This document shows, one piece after another, positions 52,908 through 59,726 of a DNA stretch of 64,000 nt. The DNA lies in sequence record OP114734.1. One strand, 5' to 3'. Position numbers and translations under genes: made by a program. Below the pieces are notes generated by a model. That model saw only the letters and a list, made by a program, of their open reading frames with translations. It had not been told where the DNA came from and made no database searches. Source of the stretch: Escherichia phage vB_ESM-pEJ01. Within the stretch, counting starts at the first letter, position 1, and every line of letters begins with the position of its first letter.

Positions 52908-53426
52908 TTAGTTATTTTTTAATTGTTCATCTTGCAATAATGCAATCACATGCTGGCGATGCTCTTCTGATTGAGGCACACCAAAAAAGTTTGTTTTGTA
53001 GAAATACTCTAATCGGTCTTCTCGTGTGCTCTCTTCCATCATGATCGCGGGTAGTCCGAGATTTCGGAAACGTCGCTTTTCTGCTGGCGTAAAATCACTG
53101 TAATACAACATAGAATCATCATTACCAGCAATGCTAAACTCATCCTTCATGAAAGAGAATATTGCGTTTAAACGCTGTTTACCGTCCACGATTTCGATCT
53201 CATAGCGAGAGCCATCATCAATCTTAGCCATTGCGATAGAGCCTACCGGAAAATCATTAATCATGTTTTCGATAAACATACGTTTGTTTTCGGTGTCCCA
53301 TACCAAAGGACGCTGATAATCTGGGTTCATGTTGATATAGCCATCTTCTAACCATGCCTCATAAACAGAGATGACAAAGTTTTTAGTATTGGTATAGTAA
53401 CGGCGTTTAGGCGTTAAACGGTTCAT
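52908..53426 (-). CDS. DUF262 / ParB-like nuclease-domain protein
   Basis: motifs NPDYQRPLVWD and VDGKQRLNA (DGQQR-type); start moved to ATG at 53426 (RBS AGGAG), 1 nt after the upstream stop. Confidence 0.65.
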   Translation of the reverse strand: MNRLTPKRRYYTNTKNFVISVYEAWLEDGYINMNPDYQRPLVWDTENKRMFIENMINDFPVGSIAMAKIDDGSRYEIEIVDGKQRLNAIFSFMKDEFSIAGNDDSMLYYSDFTPAEKRRFRNLGLPAIMMEESTREDRLEYFYKTNFFGVPQSEEHRQHVIALLQDEQLKNN

Positions 53427-53427
53427 G

Positions 53428-53760
53428 TTATAGTCTCCTGAATGGATCATCACGTAAATCAATATCTTTTAAGAACTCATCCCATGAATGGCGGATATTA
53501 TTCTTAATTCTCCAGATAAGCGAAGGGATTGAACGCTCTCCCATCTGGAAGTATGGATCATATGATCCGTATGCCCAATATGCTACTACAATTCCGCAAT
53601 CAGTGCAATAGTATTCTATCTCGCTTGCTGGCGACCAAAGTCCATCAATATGATCACGGATCTTGCTTTCAATGTTATGACTATGGCAATCAGGGCAACG
53701 GATGCAATGACCTTGTTTGTCATAATTTGACGTTAGCGAATACTTAAACAATCTCATCAT
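53428..53760 (-). CDS. Zn-ribbon protein (110 aa)
   Basis: CIRCPDC...H and CTDCG cysteine pairs; start overlaps upstream stop by 4 nt. Confidence 0.6.
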   Translation of the reverse strand: MMRLFKYSLTSNYDKQGHCIRCPDCHSHNIESKIRDHIDGLWSPASEIEYYCTDCGIVVAYWAYGSYDPYFQMGERSIPSLIWRIKNNIRHSWDEFLKDIDLRDDPFRRL

Positions 53761-54473
53761 AGATCCTTATTGGCTTCAAATACTGCCTTTGCGAATCCTC
53801 GCGGGGTAAGTGACCTGATAGTCTTTGTTCTGGTTCCTTTCCCGCCTAGCTTAGAATGCTGTTTACTGTACCCTTTATTAATCGGCAACGGTTTCTTTTC
53901 TGGCATTATAAAGCCTTGTCCGGTCCATAAGCAAGTCTTTTTCGGGTACATATCACGGGCGGCAATATACTCAGGAAACGTAGGATGTATATCATCTTCC
54001 GGCAAATAACCGCCATATTCCCACGGGTGGAACATGTAATCAGGCTTACGCCACATGCTAGAGATAACGCTTACAGGATTCTCTATCATGTAGGGAACTC
54101 CTAGCCATTCACCCAAATAAGCGGTTATTTTAGCTGCCCGTACATCATGAACTTGAATCAACGGTCCTTGTTCTAGTTTCTTTCGTTCAAAGTGCGCAGC
54201 GCCACTAACAGCTAAATTGGTGCACGGTGGGAATGCAAAGATAATATCCGGTTTCCCCCATTCAAGGTCCATTGCTCTTTCCAGCCAGTTCAAATCAATC
54301 CAGGTGTTTACATAGGTAATGTTTTGATGTTCAAATCGGGTATTATATTTTTTGTATGTACCGTGGTCGCCATCGTCAGCATTAAAGCAGATCACCTTAT
54401 GACCTGCTTTAGCCCATTCTAACCCCATTATCCCCGATCCGTCAAAGTTGCAGAATATTAATTTTTGTTTCAC
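53757..54473 (-). CDS. compact DNA C5-cytosine methyltransferase-like protein (no large target-recognition domain)
   Basis: motif I FCNFDGSGIMG, motif IV FAFPPCTNLAVSGA (Pro-Cys), motif VI MIENPVS, motif IX-like IRSLTPRGFAKA in canonical order; GTG start overlapping upstream TGA. Confidence 0.65.
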   Translation of the reverse strand: MKQKLIFCNFDGSGIMGLEWAKAGHKVICFNADDGDHGTYKKYNTRFEHQNITYVNTWIDLNWLERAMDLEWGKPDIIFAFPPCTNLAVSGAAHFERKKLEQGPLIQVHDVRAAKITAYLGEWLGVPYMIENPVSVISSMWRKPDYMFHPWEYGGYLPEDDIHPTFPEYIAARDMYPKKTCLWTGQGFIMPEKKPLPINKGYSKQHSKLGGKGTRTKTIRSLTPRGFAKAVFEANKDL

Positions 54474-54721
54474 GCTGCCCCCATTGGTTTGATAGTAACA
54501 GAATCTAAAAGACCTTTGTTAGCCAGTTCGCGGCAAGTTTTCAGATCCGCAACTTCCCAGCCAGCCGCAATCAGGTTATCGATTAGGCTGTTAGCAACTT
54601 CTTCGCTCATGAAAGAGCACTGTTTGCCGATGGTGTAGCGTACACGCTGTAATTTCAGTTTACGGAAGCCTTTAACGTTCAGGTCTTTAGCGATTTTCTT
54701 TGCGGTTTCGATGTTAGCCAT
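54470..54721 (-). CDS. hypothetical protein (83 aa), first gene of the four-gene operon
   Basis: ATG with RBS GGAGAA directly downstream of PeSL unit 2; N-terminus MANIE. Confidence 0.55.
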   Translation of the reverse strand: MANIETAKKIAKDLNVKGFRKLKLQRVRYTIGKQCSFMSEEVANSLIDNLIAAGWEVADLKTCRELANKGLLDSVTIKPMGAA

Positions 54722-54761
54722 TGTTTGATTCTCCTAAGTGGTATCTCGTCTTGATGGTTGT

Positions 54762-54790
54762 ATTGTAGGGGAGTTATCCTCCCCTGTCAA
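54762..54790 (-). promoter_or_regulatory. PeSL-like early promoter unit 2 (TTGACA-N17-TACAAT)
   Basis: palindromic spacer GGGGAGGATAACTCCCC. Confidence 0.6.
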
Positions 54791-54804
54791 CACTTTTTAT
54801 AAAA

Positions 54805-54972
54805 TTATTTGTTAATTTCTGGTGCGTTGCTAGGATAGTAACCTTCTTTAACTCCGAGATATTTCGCAACCATCCCTACAATCTTCTGTGCTACTACAAT
54901 GTCAAATTTCAGATAATCTTCGCCGTGGGTTTCAATGATATATGCTTCACATGCTGCTTTAGTCTCGAACAT
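54805..54972 (-). CDS. small protein (55 aa), paralog of 58083-58250
   Basis: manually found ORF MFETKAACEAYIIETHGEDYLKFDIVVAQKIVGMVAKYLGVKEGYYPSNAPEINK; RBS GGAGAA. Confidence 0.55.
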   Translation of the reverse strand: MFETKAACEAYIIETHGEDYLKFDIVVAQKIVGMVAKYLGVKEGYYPSNAPEINK

Positions 54973-55005
54973 TTTGATTCTCCTATTTCGTTTCGTTATG
55001 TGTGT

Positions 55006-55034
55006 ATTATAGGGGATCTCCAGATCCCCGTCAA
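55006..55034 (-). promoter_or_regulatory. PeSL-like early promoter unit 3 (TTGACG-N17-TATAAT)
   Basis: palindromic spacer GGGGATCTGGAGATCCC with two GATC. Confidence 0.6.
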
Positions 55035-55048
55035 CAACTTTTTTAAAA

Positions 55049-55330
55049 TTATTCGTGATTAGTTTCGATGTTGTGCATTTTGCACCAGTTCAGCCAATCA
55101 CCCAGATCCTGATAGTTAATGCTTTTATCTGCTGCCATCGTTTTTGTCTTGATACCCATATGTGCGTTATGAGTAAGCATTTTTACAGTGAACTCAATTT
55201 TATCACCTTTAGCTTTAACATCAACCAGTTTGGTCCACTGGCTACCAGCGCCGCGAATGTTCATACCAACGATGTTTCCGATGTATGCTTCTTTGTTTTT
55301 CAGGATTTCGGTTGCTTTGATGAATTTCAT
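55049..55330 (-). CDS. hypothetical protein (93 aa)
   Basis: ATG with RBS GGAGAA downstream of PeSL unit 4. Confidence 0.55.
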   Translation of the reverse strand: MKFIKATEILKNKEAYIGNIVGMNIRGAGSQWTKLVDVKAKGDKIEFTVKMLTHNAHMGIKTKTMAADKSINYQDLGDWLNWCKMHNIETNHE

Positions 55331-55363
55331 TTTTGATTCTCCAGTTCGTTTCGGTATGTGTGT

Positions 55364-55392
55364 ATTATGCTATGTTCTTACTTTGGTGTCAA
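55364..55392 (-). promoter_or_regulatory. PeSL-like early promoter unit 4 (TTGACA-N17-CATAAT)
   Basis: no spacer palindrome. Confidence 0.5.
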
Positions 55393-55400
55393 CAACTTTT

Positions 55401-55670
55401 TTAGATATTTTCAGAAATAAATTTTAAAACTTGACGTAAATGTTTCTCATCTTTGATAGTCGCCGGAAGTTCTTCTTTTACTTCCTGTGCAAGATAGATA
55501 TTTCCGTTCCAAGTGAAAGATCCGTCTTCGTTTACGCGATAGCTGAACATCCACTCGCAATCATTTTCGATTTCATATACACACAGAAGGGTGTAATCGT
55601 TAAAGCTATTGATTTCAAGGTCGAAGCCGTGACGTTTTGCAAAGTTGGTAGTGGTTTTAGTCAGCGCCAT
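55401..55670 (-). CDS. hypothetical protein (89 aa)
   Basis: ATG with RBS GGAGAA downstream of PeSL unit 5. Confidence 0.55.
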   Translation of the reverse strand: MALTKTTTNFAKRHGFDLEINSFNDYTLLCVYEIENDCEWMFSYRVNEDGSFTWNGNIYLAQEVKEELPATIKDEKHLRQVLKFISENI

Positions 55671-55710
55671 TGTTTGATTCTCCTAAGTGGTATCTCGTTT
55701 CGATGGGTGT

Positions 55711-55739
55711 ATTATGCTATAGGCGTGATCTGGTGTCAA
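55711..55739 (-). promoter_or_regulatory. PeSL-like early promoter unit 5 (TTGACA-N17-CATAAT)
   Basis: leader nearly identical to unit 6. Confidence 0.5.
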
Positions 55740-55763
55740 CAACTTTTTTAAAATTTTATGCAA

Positions 55764-55788
55764 TAAAAAGCCGACACTAAGGTCGGCT
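55764..55788 (-). terminator. intrinsic terminator after family member A
   Basis: perfect 7-bp stem AGCCGAC/GTCGGCT, U-run on - strand. Confidence 0.65.
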
Positions 55789-55795
55789 AATAAAA

Positions 55796-56104
55796 TCATT
55801 TAGACAAATAATCATTCAGTGCAATCCGGTCGGCATGTTCCGGCGTTACGTCAATCGCAATCAGTTTAACGCGTGCTTTCTTGCGACCTGGGTTTTCTCG
55901 TAACCAGTGCTCATGACCGTGAACATTTTTATACTGCGATGCTTCTTCGAAGGTACGGATCGGACCTGGGTAATCAGCGTAAAGGATCTCTAGGTCATCG
56001 GTGATGTAAAAATATACGTTGTAATTGCTGTTCTCTAGTTTAAGCAGAGACATTCGGAACATTGGGAGATTTTCGCGGGTAAATTCAAAGATATTATCTT
56101 TCAT
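55796..56104 (-). CDS. H-x-H-W family small protein A (102 aa)
   Basis: start moved to ATG at 56104 (RBS GAGGA); C-terminal HGHEHWLRENPGRKKARVKLIAIDVTPEHADRI. Confidence 0.55.
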   Translation of the reverse strand: MKDNIFEFTRENLPMFRMSLLKLENSNYNVYFYITDDLEILYADYPGPIRTFEEASQYKNVHGHEHWLRENPGRKKARVKLIAIDVTPEHADRIALNDYLSK

Positions 56105-56130
56105 AGTATTATCCTCAATAGTTGGATGAA

Positions 56131-56150
56131 ACGGGGGCTTAACGCCCCGT
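56131..56150 (-). other. hairpin of the GGGGC-TTAAC-GCCCC family
   Basis: same stem-loop as at 52601-52620 and, in the gene-sense orientation, 20002-20018. Confidence 0.4.
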
Positions 56151-56153
56151 ATA

Positions 56154-56441
56154 TTAAAACAGCCCTTCCTGTACACCGTAGTAGAGTTCATCGCTGATAA
56201 TTTCATTAATGCGACGGTGTGCATATTCCTGATTTGCGAAGTTGTCAGCAAGTTCTACTTTAGTTTCGCCGTCATGAGTCCATTTAGTGATAACTTTACC
56301 ATCTGCAAATTTGAAGTTGAACTCTTTAGCTACCGCATCGCGTACCAGACGTGCAAACTTGTTGTTGCGGATTGCATTGTCGGTTTCGTGTGCAGCGTGA
56401 GCGAATTTGTTAACTTTCAGAGTGATAGTAATGTATGCCAT
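56154..56441 (-). CDS. hypothetical protein (95 aa), paralog of 59727-60038
   Basis: RLVRDAVAKEFNFK versus REVRKALAKEFNTK in 59727-60038; RBS GGAGAA. Confidence 0.55.
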   Translation of the reverse strand: MAYITITLKVNKFAHAAHETDNAIRNNKFARLVRDAVAKEFNFKFADGKVITKWTHDGETKVELADNFANQEYAHRRINEIISDELYYGVQEGLF

Positions 56442-56487
56442 AATTTGATTCTCCTAGTTAGAAAGTGTATCTCGTTTCGATGGGTGT

Positions 56488-56516
56488 ATTATGCTATACA
56501 CCCGATCTTATGTCAA
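56488..56516 (-). promoter_or_regulatory. PeSL-like early promoter unit 6 (TTGACA-N17-CATAAT)
   Basis: leader nearly identical to unit 5. Confidence 0.5.
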
Positions 56517-56522
56517 CACTTT

Positions 56523-56801
56523 TTATAAAATAATTTTTTGATATTTTTCTATGATGTTCGTGTAAGTCACATCAACCGCTATCACCGTTGCTTCGAATCC
56601 ACCGTTTAGCCAATGGCTATGGTCATGATCGTGAAAGAAACCAAGACCAGTACGAAGACCTTCTTTATATTCGGCGCGTACATTTAGATCATCATCGATA
56701 AACAGATAAAACCATGAATTTTTACTAGGATTGATGATACAACCTTTCAGATTAGGGAGAATATCACGACTAAGAATAAACTTATCACCTACTTTGAACA
56801 T
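56523..56801 (-). CDS. H-x-H-W family small protein B (92 aa)
   Basis: start moved to ATG at 56801 (RBS GAGGAA); C-terminal HDHDHSHWLNGGFEATVIAVDV. Confidence 0.55.
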   Translation of the reverse strand: MFKVGDKFILSRDILPNLKGCIINPSKNSWFYLFIDDDLNVRAEYKEGLRTGLGFFHDHDHSHWLNGGFEATVIAVDVTYTNIIEKYQKIIL

Positions 56802-56815
56802 AATATTTTCCTCAC

Positions 56816-57124
56816 TTATAAAGTTTGACCGTTGTTTTTCGCGTAATGCTGAATGCGTGCTTGATCTGCTTCCGCTGGTGATAGATTCCATGCAACCACT
56901 ACAACTTCTGACGCATCGTCATCCGTTTCTGATACCCAATGATTGTGATTCATACAGTTATTTGCTATCGAGTGAGCAAATGATTTCATCACTGGAGACG
57001 TATAATCATAGTAACGGATTTTCAGATTTTCATCAACATACAAGTAGATCGTATAAGGTTTATATTCAGTAACCAGTAACAGACAGTTACGCAATTCTGG
57101 GAAAATCTTTTTAGTTAATTTCAT
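56816..57124 (-). CDS. H-x-H-W family small protein C (102 aa)
   Basis: start moved to ATG at 57124 (RBS GAGGA); C-terminal HNHWVSETDDDASEVVVVAWNLSPAEADQ. Confidence 0.55.
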   Translation of the reverse strand: MKLTKKIFPELRNCLLLVTEYKPYTIYLYVDENLKIRYYDYTSPVMKSFAHSIANNCMNHNHWVSETDDDASEVVVVAWNLSPAEADQARIQHYAKNNGQTL

Positions 57125-57125
57125 T

Positions 57126-57344
57126 TTATAATCCTCGGTCTCGGCTATAGTACACGGTACGCCATACAATTTCATGTTTCGTGTCGCTCCAGCACACGAT
57201 CTCATTTACTCTTAAATCTTTGTTATCAACAAAAGATGAACATTGTGACGCTTCTTTCATCATTTTATCTGCTGTTTTCTCATCAAATACAGCACAGATT
57301 TCTTTATACACTCGATAATCTTTGAATTGACTCTGAATACCCAT
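57126..57344 (-). CDS. hypothetical protein (72 aa), tandem paralog of 57304-57561
   Basis: SQFKDYRVYKEI...KMMKEASQC versus SKFKEYKAYQQI...KMMEDASKC. Confidence 0.5.
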   Translation of the reverse strand: MGIQSQFKDYRVYKEICAVFDEKTADKMMKEASQCSSFVDNKDLRVNEIVCWSDTKHEIVWRTVYYSRDRGL

Positions 57345-57561
57345 AATTAACACCATTCCAACCAATTGTTTTTGAGAAAACGTCTATCCACTGTTGAGTG
57401 TAGCATGTTTCTTTCCATGATACAATACGAGTGGAATAATGGTTTTTGTTTCCAGAAAAGGACGGGCATTTTGATGCATCTTCCATCATCTTTTCGGCGA
57501 ACTCTGGTGCGTATACTCGCAGGATCTGTTGATATGCTTTGTATTCTTTAAATTTGCTCAT
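57304..57561 (-). CDS. hypothetical protein (about 85 aa), tandem paralog of 57126-57344
   Basis: overlaps the downstream paralog by about 40 nt; start ambiguous (57561 or 57567). Confidence 0.5.
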   Translation of the reverse strand: MSKFKEYKAYQQILRVYAPEFAEKMMEDASKCPSFSGNKNHYSTRIVSWKETCYTQQWIDVFSKTIGWNGVNYGYSESIQRLSSV

Positions 57562-57826
57562 AATCATTCACTACCTTATCAGCTTCTTTTGTTGTTTTTA
57601 CATCAACTGCGATAACTCGTAAAGGTTCGTCATGGTTCCACCAGTGGTCATGAATATCAGCTTGTGATTTATCACCAAAGGAATCACGAATATCATTTTT
57701 ACATTTATAGCTAATGTGACCTTCATAGTCAACATAAAGGTAATTATCGAAAATCGGCGTTTTTAAGATCATACCGAAAAATCTTTCTTTGTGTGTCTTA
57801 TCCAGCGTTACAGTAATTCGCATCAT
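57548..57826 (-). CDS. H-x-H-W family small protein D (92 aa)
   Basis: RBS AAGAGGAA; C-terminal IHDHWWNHDEPLRVIAVDVKTTKEADKV. Confidence 0.55.
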   Translation of the reverse strand: MMRITVTLDKTHKERFFGMILKTPIFDNYLYVDYEGHISYKCKNDIRDSFGDKSQADIHDHWWNHDEPLRVIAVDVKTTKEADKVVNDYEQI

Positions 57827-57838
57827 AATATATTCCTC

Positions 57839-58018
57839 TTAGAAAGGGATGGTCATTTCTTGAGCTTGTACATTCTCGTTAGGATTAAACTTCATCCAAC
57901 CGATATTGTCTACCAGCATATGTACATTTTTATCATATCCTACGTGAGTAGTCAACACTAAATGTGCTTTACCTTCAACGATGATTTCCATGTACTTCTG
58001 AACTTCGATAGCTTTCAT
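57839..58018 (-). CDS. hypothetical small protein (59 aa)
   Basis: manually found ORF MKAIEVQKYMEII...; RBS GGAGAA downstream of PeSL unit 7. Confidence 0.45.
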   Translation of the reverse strand: MKAIEVQKYMEIIVEGKAHLVLTTHVGYDKNVHMLVDNIGWMKFNPNENVQAQEMTIPF

Positions 58019-58050
58019 TTTGATTCTCCGTTTGTTGTCTTGATGGGAGT

Positions 58051-58079
58051 ATCTTACTACTCCCTTTAATCATTGTCAA
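58051..58079 (-). promoter_or_regulatory. PeSL-like early promoter unit 7 (TTGACA-N17-TAAGAT)
   Basis: palindrome GGGAGTA...TACTCCC overlaps the -10. Confidence 0.5.
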
Positions 58080-58082
58080 CTA

Positions 58083-58250
58083 TTATTTGTTAATTTCCGG
58101 TGCGTTGCTCGGATAGTAACCTTCTTTAACACCTAGATATTTTGCAACCATTCCGGTGATCTTCTGTGCTACTACGATATCGAATTTCAGGTAGTCTTCA
58201 CCGTGGTTTGCTACAATGTATGCTTCGCATTCTGCTTTAGTCTGGAACAT
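58083..58250 (-). CDS. small protein (55 aa), paralog of 54805-54972
   Basis: start moved to ATG at 58250; MFQTKAECEAYIVANHGEDYLKFDIVVAQKITGMVAKYLGVKEGYYPSNAPEINK. Confidence 0.55.
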   Translation of the reverse strand: MFQTKAECEAYIVANHGEDYLKFDIVVAQKITGMVAKYLGVKEGYYPSNAPEINK

Positions 58251-58284
58251 TTTTGATTCTCCTATATCTCGTTGGTATGTGTGC

Positions 58285-58313
58285 ATTATAGGGGATCGGT
58301 GATCCCCTGTCAA
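58285..58313 (-). promoter_or_regulatory. PeSL-like early promoter unit 8 (TTGACA-N17-TATAAT)
   Basis: spacer GGGGATCACCGATCCCC on the - strand, same palindrome arms as unit 1 with inverted centre. Confidence 0.6.
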
Positions 58314-58320
58314 CAACTTT

Positions 58321-58623
58321 TTATTCTTCATCTTTATCTTGATATGCGTACTTCATAAATTTGTCTGCTACTTTGTCCGCGTTTTCAGGTTCTACGTCTG
58401 ACGCTAGGACAACAGCTAGTTCGGTTTTGTCGTTTCCATCATACCAATGATTATGAGTGTCGTTTTCTTCGATATAAAACGAATCGTTTGGAGTTGTGCG
58501 ACAATATACGTCTAAATTCCCATCGATATAAAAGATCCAATCCGAATACAAAATGATTGTTTTAGCAAGATTTTTATTGTCTCTTACAAAAGGTTCCGCG
58601 ACAAATAGCTTAGTTTGTTCCAT
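58321..58623 (-). CDS. H-x-H-W family small protein E (100 aa)
   Basis: start moved to ATG at 58623 (RBS GAGGAA); C-terminal HNHWYDGNDKTELAVVLASDVEPENADKV. Confidence 0.55.
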   Translation of the reverse strand: MEQTKLFVAEPFVRDNKNLAKTIILYSDWIFYIDGNLDVYCRTTPNDSFYIEENDTHNHWYDGNDKTELAVVLASDVEPENADKVADKFMKYAYQDKDEE

Positions 58624-58639
58624 AATATTTTCCTCAAAA

Positions 58640-58828
58640 TTATACAGCTTCGTAAACTTCCCAATGTTCAGCACCAACACGCTTAACGAAAAGGTTTTCT
58701 TTGATGTTATTCATAAACGTCTGGATGGATTTAATGCGGTTGGAAGGTTTCCAGTCTTCGTTGGCATTGCGGTGATACATAATATTACCAGTTCGCTTAT
58801 ATTCAGCAACCATTTTAAGACCACACAT
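58640..58828 (-). CDS. hypothetical protein (62 aa)
   Basis: ATG with RBS GAGGA; preceded by hairpin 58848-58866. Confidence 0.5.
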   Translation of the reverse strand: MCGLKMVAEYKRTGNIMYHRNANEDWKPSNRIKSIQTFMNNIKENLFVKRVGAEHWEVYEAV

Positions 58829-58847
58829 AATATTATCCTCAATTTGT

Positions 58848-58866
58848 GGGAGAGTATTACCCTCCC
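58848..58866 (-). other. hairpin GGGAGAGTATTACCCTCCC (degenerate PeSL-like element)
   Basis: palindrome containing a TAATAC -10-like hexamer; no clear -35. Confidence 0.35.
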
Positions 58867-58884
58867 GATTATTGTTATACTACA

Positions 58885-59187
58885 TTACGCAAAATGGCGT
58901 GTCAATGCTTCTTTTGCTGTTCCGCTAAGATTCTCGATCTCTCCTGGCATAACATCAACCGCCAGAACTTCTACAACATCCTCTGATCCTAACCAGTGAG
59001 TATGACCTTTGTAGAACTTGATATCCCATTTATCGCTATCGCTAGCCCACCACACATCACCGTCTATAAAGTTGATGTAAAGCACACTACGACACATTGA
59101 ATTAGTTACTTTCAATACTGCGCCTTTCATCTCTTCCACGGTATGGTCTTCCATTTTGAAGACCTCGCCTACCTTAACTTTTGCCAT
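58885..59187 (-). CDS. H-x-H-W family small protein F (100 aa)
   Basis: start moved to ATG at 59187 (RBS GGAG); C-terminal GHTHWLGSEDVVEVLAVDVMPGEIEN. Confidence 0.55.
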   Translation of the reverse strand: MAKVKVGEVFKMEDHTVEEMKGAVLKVTNSMCRSVLYINFIDGDVWWASDSDKWDIKFYKGHTHWLGSEDVVEVLAVDVMPGEIENLSGTAKEALTRHFA

Positions 59188-59188
59188 G

Positions 59189-59455
59189 TTACATGCTCCG
59201 AATATGTTTAGATGCATCTTCCAGTTCGTCGATAGTGACACTGTGAGCCAGTAAGTGTACTGGTTGTGGTTCTTCACCTTCCATAGTATTGATCAGATGA
59301 CCGTTTCCTGGGTGGAATGTATCGTTGCCGTTCCAAATAGCATACACATCATCTTCTGTTACGTAGATAATAAGTCCAATCGGTGATTCTGGTAATTGAA
59401 AAATTTTACCCACTGCATCTTTGCGATTGTTTACGATATCTTTTACTGTCTTCAT
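59189..59455 (-). CDS. hypothetical protein G (88 aa), possibly a divergent family member
   Basis: RBS GAGAGG; YVTEDDVYAIW...H.....LLAHSV..DELEDA loosely resembles the family layout. Confidence 0.5.
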   Translation of the reverse strand: MKTVKDIVNNRKDAVGKIFQLPESPIGLIIYVTEDDVYAIWNGNDTFHPGNGHLINTMEGEEPQPVHLLAHSVTIDELEDASKHIRSM

Positions 59456-59474
59456 TTAGTTACCTCTCGTTAAA

Positions 59475-59654
59475 TTACATCACAATCACGCCAGCCGTTG
59501 AAAGTTGATGTTTCAACTGAGCATTTTCTGCTACTGTCAAATCAATGATTTCTTGTGACGCTGCAATCATATAGCCATTGGTGATATTGTTTTGCATCAG
59601 TTCAATGGTCTCTTCGTTGTAGCGGATTTTAGCGATGATTTCGTTGAAGTTCAT
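59475..59654 (-). CDS. hypothetical small protein (59 aa)
   Basis: manually found ORF MNFNEIIAKIRYNEE...; RBS GGAGAA downstream of PeSL unit 10. Confidence 0.45.
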   Translation of the reverse strand: MNFNEIIAKIRYNEETIELMQNNITNGYMIAASQEIIDLTVAENAQLKHQLSTAGVIVM

Positions 59655-59688
59655 AATTGATTCTCCTAGTTCTTTTCGGTATGTGTGT

Positions 59689-59718
59689 AGTATAGGGGAG
59701 TTTAACCTCCCCTGTCAA
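59689..59718 (-). promoter_or_regulatory. PeSL-like early promoter unit 10 (TTGACA-N18-TATACT)
   Basis: palindromic spacer GGGGAGGTTAAACTCCCC. Confidence 0.55.
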
Positions 59719-59726
59719 CAACTTTT

